A stretch of DNA of 64,000 bases from a virus. Every line of letters starts with the position of its first letter. Position 1 is the stretch's first letter. A program made the position numbers and the translations under genes. The notes under the pieces were generated by a model that worked only from the letters and a program-made list of their open reading frames with translations, did no database searches and was not told the DNA's origin. The stretch is from IMG/VR virus record IMGVR_UViG_3300005613_000025, positions 1-64,000 of that record. The stretch is one strand, 5' to 3'. This document shows, piece after piece, positions 57,174 to 64,000 of the stretch.

Positions 57174-58294
57174 TCATTTCCAAGCCAATCATACCAATTT
57201 GTCCATTCTTCTTTGTAAACATAATCTGGGGCGGATGGTAAACGAATGAACTCTTCTGGTTTATTTTTACACCATTCTCTCCATTCTTTATTTGTGTTGA
57301 TATTCAAACTTCTTGAAATTTTTCTAGCTTCATTAAAATTCATGTAAAATTCTTTACTTTTACTTCTCTGATTGCTGAATAGATATTCCGACCATTTGAA
57401 GTTTTCATAGTATCTCTCTGGTTTTTTCGGTAAAAAATCAGATAATGTGTTTTCTTTCGATTTCTTTCTATACTCAGCGACGGTAATCTTACCGTAATTT
57501 TCTTTTATCCATATTTTAGCCGATTCAAAATCAAGATAATCATTACCTTTCCTTATTTTAGATTCATATCCTATAAAATCCTCCCACTCAAACAATTCTT
57601 TATAGATATTTTTAGGATTCTTCGGTATAAATAAAGGAATTTCTTTACACCTTCTAAAATCCATAGAATTTTTAAAATCAAAGTTCTCTTTCAGATATTT
57701 TTTAGCTTCTTCGTAACTCAAATAAATATCTTTTCTATTATGTGCATGTATATTTCCTGTTCCTAGATAATCTCCCCAGTATGTCCAATCTGGAAAAACT
57801 TTATTAGGAGCCTTTGGGAGAAAATCGGGAAATTTTTTCATTTTTGACCATTTTTTGTAGTCAATCATTCTTGTTACCCATTCAGGTTTATTTAATTTCA
57901 GCCAAGTTTTACACTCATCAAATGACTTATTATATTTGTTAAACATTTTACCATCACCACCGTCTGTAAGATTTACAAGATTGCATTTTTCTCTGTATTC
58001 CTTAATTGTCTCGGTTTCAACTTTTTTCCATAATTCTTGACTTGACACTTTCAAAACCTTAATACCAACATCACTACCTTTGGAAACAACACTTTTTATC
58101 CAAGATGATTTATAGCTTGTTCTTCTTTTATCATTTTTGTGATCTCTTATTCTCTTTTTTGGATTATCGGTTTTACCAATGTATCTTATTTCATCCTCTT
58201 TACCTATTTCATAGAGTCCATATATGTATGTAATTTTGCAACTGTTCATTAAACTAATGTATATTTTTTCATATACTATATATAAAAAAACCAC
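57170..58294 (-). CDS. GIY-YIG endonuclease with repeated C-terminal DNA-binding units
   Basis: YIYGL...RYIGKT..P..R..DH, NLTDGGDG; repeated LPK.P..Y...W..W units. Confidence 0.8.
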   Translation of the reverse strand: MVFLYIVYEKIYISLMNSCKITYIYGLYEIGKEDEIRYIGKTDNPKKRIRDHKNDKRRTSYKSSWIKSVVSKGSDVGIKVLKVSSQELWKKVETETIKEYREKCNLVNLTDGGDGKMFNKYNKSFDECKTWLKLNKPEWVTRMIDYKKWSKMKKFPDFLPKAPNKVFPDWTYWGDYLGTGNIHAHNRKDIYLSYEEAKKYLKENFDFKNSMDFRRCKEIPLFIPKNPKNIYKELFEWEDFIGYESKIRKGNDYLDFESAKIWIKENYGKITVAEYRKKSKENTLSDFLPKKPERYYENFKWSEYLFSNQRSKSKEFYMNFNEARKISRSLNINTNKEWREWCKNKPEEFIRLPSAPDYVYKEEWTNWYDWLGND

Positions 58295-58478
58295 TTCCCT
58301 ATATGGAAATAAATGAGAATATCAAGAAATCAAAAAGAAAATATGGTGATAGATACAATAAAGAGAATGTAAATGTTCAATTGAATCGAGAATTGATAAA
58401 TAAATTGAAAGAGAAATTGAATAAAGAGAAAAGCATCAAATCTCATATTGAGGAATTGATAGAAAAAGATATCTTAAA

Positions 58479-59213
58479 ATGATAGAATTGAATAGAATAT
58501 TCAACGAAGATTGTCGTGAAACCATGTCAAGGATGGGTGATGATTCGATCGATCTTGTATTGACCTCACCACCATATAATATGATGACACAGGTCAAATA
58601 TAACAAGTATATACGAAGGGTATCACCAAAACACAGATCCAACAAATATCTTGATTTCAATGATGGATTGAAACCTGATGAATTTTATCGGACACACTCA
58701 GAGATACTTAAAGAACTTTTAAGGGTCTCTAAGTGTGTTCTTTATAATTTTCAGATTGTGAGTGGTTCAAAAGAAGCTTTCTTCAAGATAATAGGAGAAT
58801 TCAATACTTATATCAAGGATATAATAATATGGGATAAATGTAGGTCTCTTCCTGCAAGTAGAGAAAAAATATTGAACGCAGGATATGAGATGATACTTGT
58901 CATGGAGAACGACCAACATTTAGGTAGAACAATTCAAAATGCTCAATTTGCAAGATGTGAATTGGATAACATCCTAAGAATTGAAAGAAAAAAAGTTGTC
59001 ATCGATGGTGAAAAACACAACGCTGTCTATCCAGAAGAACTTTGTCGTATCTTGATAGATGCGTTCTCCAAAGAGAACGATATTGTTTATGATCCGTTCA
59101 GTGGTACAGGAACCACATTGAAAATAGCAAAGGAAAGAAATAGGAATTTTATTGGAAGTGAAGTTTCAAGTGAATATTGTAAATTGATTGAAAAAAGGAT
59201 AAGTCTGATTTAA
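58479..59213 (+). CDS. DNA methyltransferase (N4-C/N6-A, beta class)
   Basis: TSPPY, H.AVYPEEL, DPFSGTGTT. Confidence 0.92.
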   Translation: MIELNRIFNEDCRETMSRMGDDSIDLVLTSPPYNMMTQVKYNKYIRRVSPKHRSNKYLDFNDGLKPDEFYRTHSEILKELLRVSKCVLYNFQIVSGSKEAFFKIIGEFNTYIKDIIIWDKCRSLPASREKILNAGYEMILVMENDQHLGRTIQNAQFARCELDNILRIERKKVVIDGEKHNAVYPEELCRILIDAFSKENDIVYDPFSGTGTTLKIAKERNRNFIGSEVSSEYCKLIEKRISLI

Positions 59214-59239
59214 TATATAATGAAATCATACTTATCAAT

Positions 59240-59809
59240 ATGCAAAGATTTTCAAAGCTAAAACCAAAAACAGAATTCGAACCAAAAAAGGATGATGTTG
59301 TCTTCAAGACAGATCATATGTCATTGATCGAGTATGAAGGATGGTCAATAGTAGATGAGCCTGATATGGTTGTTTGTATCATATACCTTATTCAAGAAAA
59401 TCTTTTCATACTCAGACATGAGTATATACCAACATTCAAATATTGTGAAGGCCAGGAGTATCACATGACCGTATTGAGTGGTACAATGGAAAGAGGGGAA
59501 GATCCAAAGGTAACTTTATTGAGAGAAATTGAAGAAGAGGCCGGTATAGTAATATCTCCCGATATAGAGATAGAATTTGAAAAGCCTCTTTTTGTGTCGA
59601 AAGGCAATACTGCTAAATACCACCCTGCAATAATAACATTGACCGAAAGTGATTATCACGAGATAATTCCACCAACTGATGGATCGAATGCAGAGAAGAA
59701 AAGTAAAACCGTAAAACTTGAAACGAGATACTTGAATTCAATAAACTCATCAGATCTGATAACTGAATACATGCTCGATAAGTTCAAAAAATTCATAAAT
59801 TTCCAATGA
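59240..59809 (+). CDS. Nudix hydrolase
   Basis: SGTMERGEDPKVTLLREIEEEAG. Confidence 0.85.
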   Translation: MQRFSKLKPKTEFEPKKDDVVFKTDHMSLIEYEGWSIVDEPDMVVCIIYLIQENLFILRHEYIPTFKYCEGQEYHMTVLSGTMERGEDPKVTLLREIEEEAGIVISPDIEIEFEKPLFVSKGNTAKYHPAIITLTESDYHEIIPPTDGSNAEKKSKTVKLETRYLNSINSSDLITEYMLDKFKKFINFQ

Positions 59810-59865
59810 AACATTTAAATCGGAAATTATGTTTGATTTTTTAATATATAATAAAAATTGATGTA

Positions 59866-60753
59866 ATGATAATGAAAAAATTGAAATATTTTGGTGAATT
59901 TGTAAATGAAAATTATAACCAATCATTAAATGAGGGTTTATTTGGTAAATTATTTGATTGGGCTGGTGGCATTTTAAAACTTGGAAAAGTTAAGAAAGCA
60001 TTAGAGACATATGAAAAAGAGTTAATAGGCAACATTCAAGTTGATATGACTGATGAAAATGAAGACAAAATGGGCATCTTTGCAAAGATATTAAAGAAAG
60101 AATTCGAAATTGAGATAGCAAAGAAAAATAAACAAAATACAGAAGAATTTAAAAAACAATTAAATTTATTGAAAGAGGAAGAAAAAAATATAAAAGAATT
60201 TTTAGATAATGAAATTTCACAAGCAATAAAAAAGAAACCAAATATTAAATATAAAGCTACTAAACTTAAACTTGAAATGAATAAGAAAGGTATAGAAGCT
60301 AAAAGAAAGATATTGGAAAAATTTCAAAAAGATGAAAAATACAAAGGAATATCATCGATAAGTGCTAAGCTAAAAGATATTAAAAATATTGAAAACAAAA
60401 TGAATTCAGAATTGGCTAAAATCGATAATATATCTAAAGGATATCAACCAGGTGATGTGGTTAAATATAAGTCTAAGGATGGTGGTGAAAATATAATATT
60501 AATAACAAAAGTCGAAAACGATGATAGGGGTGAAATCAAAGATATAATGGCAAAAACATTAAAAGAAGGTGATGGAGAATTAAGAACTGAAAAAGAAATG
60601 CAAGAAAAAGATTCTTTTACACCTATTAGAAATAATATTGGCGAAAAGATAACAGATGAAAAGGAATTATCAGATTTATTTGGTGGTGAAGAAGGTAGTT
60701 TAGATAAATATAAAGAATATAAAGAAAAAAATATAATAAAGTCTAAAGATTAA
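59866..60753 (+). CDS. Coiled-coil protein with capsid-targeting-like N-terminus
   Basis: MKKLKYFGEFVNE...LNEG. Confidence 0.6.
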   Translation: MIMKKLKYFGEFVNENYNQSLNEGLFGKLFDWAGGILKLGKVKKALETYEKELIGNIQVDMTDENEDKMGIFAKILKKEFEIEIAKKNKQNTEEFKKQLNLLKEEEKNIKEFLDNEISQAIKKKPNIKYKATKLKLEMNKKGIEAKRKILEKFQKDEKYKGISSISAKLKDIKNIENKMNSELAKIDNISKGYQPGDVVKYKSKDGGENIILITKVENDDRGEIKDIMAKTLKEGDGELRTEKEMQEKDSFTPIRNNIGEKITDEKELSDLFGGEEGSLDKYKEYKEKNIIKSKD

Positions 60754-60755
60754 TT

Positions 60756-61001
60756 ATGAAACATTTAAAAAGATTCAATGAAAGTATCAAGAATGAAATA
60801 ATATCACACCTATCAGAAAAAGAAGGAGATATTGATTCAGAGGAGATACAAAATGTTTTTGATATACTCAATGAGTATGATGATGATCTGACCGGATTGA
60901 CATCAATTGACAGTAAATTGATATCAAGATTATTGGATGATAAACGAATCATTTCAAGGATCGAGGCTGATGATTCTTTTAGTGATCCATTTGAATTTTA
61001 A
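60756..61001 (+). CDS. Small acidic protein with capsid-targeting-like N-terminus
   Basis: MKHLKRFNES. Confidence 0.6.
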   Translation: MKHLKRFNESIKNEIISHLSEKEGDIDSEEIQNVFDILNEYDDDLTGLTSIDSKLISRLLDDKRIISRIEADDSFSDPFEF

Positions 61002-61051
61002 ACTTTTTGTAAATAACATATATAATCATTCAAATTATTAATATTACTGAA

Positions 61052-61522
61052 ATGAAAAATTATGTTACAAAAAAGGGATATGACCAACTACAATCTCAAC
61101 TTGATAAACTTGTTCGTGTAGATGCACGAGAGGCAATTGAAATGATAGCAGATGCCAAGGACAAAGGTGATCTTTCTGAGAATGCTGAGTATGAAGCTGC
61201 AAAAGCTTATCAAGAATCGGTTCAAATAAAAATACACCAACTTTCTGAAAAATTGAGAAACAGTGAGATAATTTCGACTCCGAAAGATGTCACATCTGTT
61301 GGTATGTTGACACAAGTTGAATTGAAAAATCACACGAACGGTCAGAACATGATCTGGTCATTGGTTCCAGAGAATGAAATAGATATTAAAAATGGTAAGA
61401 TATCATTCAATTCTCCGATAGCTGCCGGACTGATAGGAAGAAAGGTGGGTGAGATGGTTGATGTGAAAGTTCCTGTTGGTGAGATGCGATTTGAAATACT
61501 CGCCATCAAACCACACCTTTGA
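61052..61522 (+). CDS. greA: Transcription elongation factor GreA
   Basis: GDLSENAEYEAAK, ISFNSPIA.GLIG. Confidence 0.95.
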   Translation: MKNYVTKKGYDQLQSQLDKLVRVDAREAIEMIADAKDKGDLSENAEYEAAKAYQESVQIKIHQLSEKLRNSEIISTPKDVTSVGMLTQVELKNHTNGQNMIWSLVPENEIDIKNGKISFNSPIAAGLIGRKVGEMVDVKVPVGEMRFEILAIKPHL

Positions 61523-61558
61523 TTTTTTTAATTCAAAAAAAATTCATATATTAGTGGT

Positions 61559-61996
61559 ATGAAAAAATTCAGTTTTGACATACATGGAGTGATTGATGCG
61601 ACCCCTGATATGTTTTCATTCCTGACATCAATATTGGTTGATTCTGGTTGTGAGGTACATATTCTTACTGGTGGATCTTGGAACGAACAACTTGAATCAC
61701 AATTACGAGAAATGAACATAAAATGGACACATAGTTTCTCTGTGTATGACCATCTCATAGAAAATAACACACCAACAAAAGGACATGTTGAATTTCCTGA
61801 TGGGACGGTTCAAAAAAAATTTATTGATGGATATTGGGATAAAGTGAAGGGTGAATATTGTAAGAAACATAATATTGACCTTCATATTGATGATACTCTG
61901 ATATATAATGATTTCTTTTCTACGCCATTCGCAAGGTTCTGGTCACATAATAACAAACCAAAGGCAAAACATAAAGATGTGAGATTATTGAAATGA
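61559..61996 (+). CDS. HAD-like protein
   Basis: FDIHGVI, LTGG, K...C, HIDD. Confidence 0.7.
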   Translation: MKKFSFDIHGVIDATPDMFSFLTSILVDSGCEVHILTGGSWNEQLESQLREMNIKWTHSFSVYDHLIENNTPTKGHVEFPDGTVQKKFIDGYWDKVKGEYCKKHNIDLHIDDTLIYNDFFSTPFARFWSHNNKPKAKHKDVRLLK

Positions 61997-61999
61997 ATA

Positions 62000-62281
62000 T
62001 CAATTTCCACTGAAAGAGTCAGAAAATTTTCCACCTTCTACCCACTTTCCCTTTTTATCATCCCAGTTCACATAATTGACATCTGGGTTTTTTCTTATGA
62101 ATTCGACATATTTTTCTGCCTTTTCATCTTCACTCTTTTTTAAAAGATCGTTATAAATTTTTCTTTTTGCCGGGTGTTTATCTATGATACCCAAAGCTTC
62201 TTCTCGAGATTTCTTACCGAATCCTAAGAAACCTTCATTTGTTGGATTTTCAAAAGATTCAAATGTTGTCAAATGCTTCAT
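62000..62281 (-). CDS. Small protein with capsid-targeting-like N-terminus
   Basis: MKHLTTFESFE...NEG. Confidence 0.6.
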   Translation of the reverse strand: MKHLTTFESFENPTNEGFLGFGKKSREEALGIIDKHPAKRKIYNDLLKKSEDEKAEKYVEFIRKNPDVNYVNWDDKKGKWVEGGKFSDSFSGN

Positions 62282-62332
62282 TTCAAAATAATATATTTTT
62301 AATTATATATTAAGTTAAAAATACCTTTATTT

Positions 62333-62734
62333 TCAAATTTCAGATAAAACTTGCCTATCATATTCTGATAGGCTTTCTATTCCATGTAAATTTATTTTAT
62401 CCAATACTATATCAACCGTCAAATTAGAATTTATATAATCTTGTTTTATGAGATCGAATTCAGTATCATCAAAGTCAATATTGTCAGTGATGACATCGAA
62501 TGTTACATCGTTGAACTCAAATTTGATCTCATTGTCAAAAAATACATTGATGAAGAAATCCAGATCGGTTTCGTTAATATACACATAAGATATTAAATGG
62601 TCAGTAGATACCCATTTATCCAATGTGTCGCCTGGCATATTATGAAGTTTTTCTAAAATTGTAATAGGCAAATTATTTTCGATGAAAGAAATCCTTTTTT
62701 TGGTTTCAAATATGTCGAACCTATAGAACCTCAT
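62333..62734 (-). CDS. Hypothetical protein with DUF6576-like C-terminus
   Basis: VDIVLDKINLHGIESLSEYDRQVL. Confidence 0.55.
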   Translation of the reverse strand: MRFYRFDIFETKKRISFIENNLPITILEKLHNMPGDTLDKWVSTDHLISYVYINETDLDFFINVFFDNEIKFEFNDVTFDVITDNIDFDDTEFDLIKQDYINSNLTVDIVLDKINLHGIESLSEYDRQVLSEI

Positions 62735-63363
62735 CTTAATTGAGCGAAATTTTGCACGAACTTAATGTTTTGGCAATTATCAACCTGAACGACAGCGACA
62801 ATATTCCATTTTTCATTGAAAATGTTTTTTCTGTGACCTTTGTTATCATTGTTGCTATCAATTATGAATTGTAACATCGTATCGATAACTTCATCACTTG
62901 TGGAGATATTCTCACCCCATGATAAATGATCGGTTTGTGAGTTATCGATGTGCTTGATCGAATCATTTTTTTCATTTTGTTTGAAGTTATGATTCTTCAT
63001 TGTATTATACATCGTGGTGTCGAATTTGAGAGGAGATACTGGTGAAACGGTATCTAGAAAAGAAATGGTCTCATCAATATCTCGAATTATGTTTCGTTTT
63101 TCAAATTTTTCAGATTGTGATGTTTTAAAAGATACCATGATATTTTCTGATATCTTTTTCTTCAATTCATCGACCAAACTCATCGTATTGTTTTGGTTCT
63201 CATACTCAAGTTCTTTATTTTTAAGTGAGTCGAGCATTGGTATGAATGATCTAGGTGATGTTCTGATTTGATTTATAAGGTTCAACATTTTAACTTCTTC
63301 GATTGTCTGTGTGAAAGAAACAAATGGAAGTATGATCAAAAGAAGTGTCAGTGATTTTTTCAT
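62731..63363 (-). CDS. Secreted CAP/SCP-domain protein
   Basis: Signal peptide, INQIR, WGENI, GHRKNIFN. Confidence 0.8.
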   Translation of the reverse strand: MKKSLTLLLIILPFVSFTQTIEEVKMLNLINQIRTSPRSFIPMLDSLKNKELEYENQNNTMSLVDELKKKISENIMVSFKTSQSEKFEKRNIIRDIDETISFLDTVSPVSPLKFDTTMYNTMKNHNFKQNEKNDSIKHIDNSQTDHLSWGENISTSDEVIDTMLQFIIDSNNDNKGHRKNIFNEKWNIVAVVQVDNCQNIKFVQNFAQLR

Positions 63364-63405
63364 ACTTTAAATATATGAAATATTTTTAACATATCCAAAA
63401 AGATG

Positions 63406-64000
63406 TCATCTGCGTTTAACTCGTTTTTTCTTGAAATCTTCACAACCACCAGCCTTGCATGTCGAAAAAATTGTCGTTACAGGATTATTATTTATTGAAT
63501 TTTTGCTCTTTTTCGTTTTTTTGGATTTTTTCTTTTTACCATATACTTTTGTCATCATCAGGTCATATAATATAACGGAGCTTTTATCATTATCAATATC
63601 AAACACTGGATCCTTTGCCTCTATATCTTCATCAAAATCCGTGAAATATATTTTGATATTTACATATCTGGCTTCAGGATCTTGCTCTTGTGATGAACCT
63701 AATTCACCTTTACCCTGTTCATATAATATGTTTTGGTCAATCATTGGCAATCCTTTCTCTGGAACACCTTTTCCCTTTAAAAATTCTACTATTTCAGATC
63801 TTACTTTGTTATTTCTTACAGTCGATAATCCTTTATTATCACCAGAAACTCCTAAATTCATTAACTTTTTTGATAAATTTTCAGAAACTCTTTGTTTATC
63901 TGTTGATGATTCTATTTCAATTTTCAATATGGTACCACCAGATGAATTTAACAATTCTAAAGTCCTGTGTATATTTTCCTTGAATTTTTCTGTAATATCA
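63406..64000 (-). CDS. Hypothetical protein (C-terminal part, possibly OmpA-like); probably starts beyond the window
   Basis: IESSTD...NKGLSTVR...RYVNIKI. Confidence 0.4.
   Translation of the reverse strand, partial: DITEKFKENIHRTLELLNSSGGTILKIEIESSTDKQRVSENLSKKLMNLGVSGDNKGLSTVRNNKVRSEIVEFLKGKGVPEKGLPMIDQNILYEQGKGELGSSQEQDPEARYVNIKIYFTDFDEDIEAKDPVFDIDNDKSSVILYDLMMTKVYGKKKKSKKTKKSKNSINNNPVTTIFSTCKAGGCEDFKKKRVKRR

Noticed and set aside
454-63983. Numerous 60-160 aa ORFs antisense to or nested within larger genes
   Set aside because: These are shadow ORFs (Ser/Phe/Ile-rich mirror composition) overlapping well-supported genes.
1-64000. Genome-wide stop-codon reassignment
   Set aside because: Conserved genes are intact and densely packed under the standard code, and TGA, TAA and TAG all act as stops.

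Overview
This 64-kb, AT-rich, gene-dense window is a segment of a T4-like jumbo ('huge') phage genome. The host is probably Bacteroidota, inferred from TAnnTTTG promoter boxes and A-rich starts without Shine-Dalgarno sequences. It carries the head module (gp21-like prohead protease fused to a repeat scaffold, gp23-like major capsid protein) and a gp55-like late sigma factor. It also has several homing endonucleases, nucleotide and DNA enzymes (ThyA, two DNA methyltransferases, a DinG-like helicase, a RuvC-like resolvase, Nudix and HAD enzymes, nucleotidyltransferases) and a host-takeover set (tmRNA, SmpB, ClpP, IF3, GreA, YqeY, PhoH, thioredoxin). The main unusual observations are as follows. 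(1) A family-B DNA polymerase gene at the left edge has motif B split by a 40-nt gap (Val codon, UGA, perfect 13-bp UUCG hairpin, Val codon), which resembles T4 gene-60-type ribosomal bypassing. (2) A cas-less CRISPR-like array (36-nt repeats, 30-nt spacers) starts in frame inside a small gene. (3) Four genes encode fragments of the phage's own capsid protein, and two more look like degenerate polymerase or ATPase mimics; most share a C-terminal RxxKLxxIL-type tag with about a dozen small proteins. (4) More than 20 proteins carry an N-terminal capsid-targeting-like peptide. (5) The tmRNA tag peptide is 30 aa long, and there are several unannotated structured RNAs. All protein calls come from motif recognition by eye; no database searches were run.
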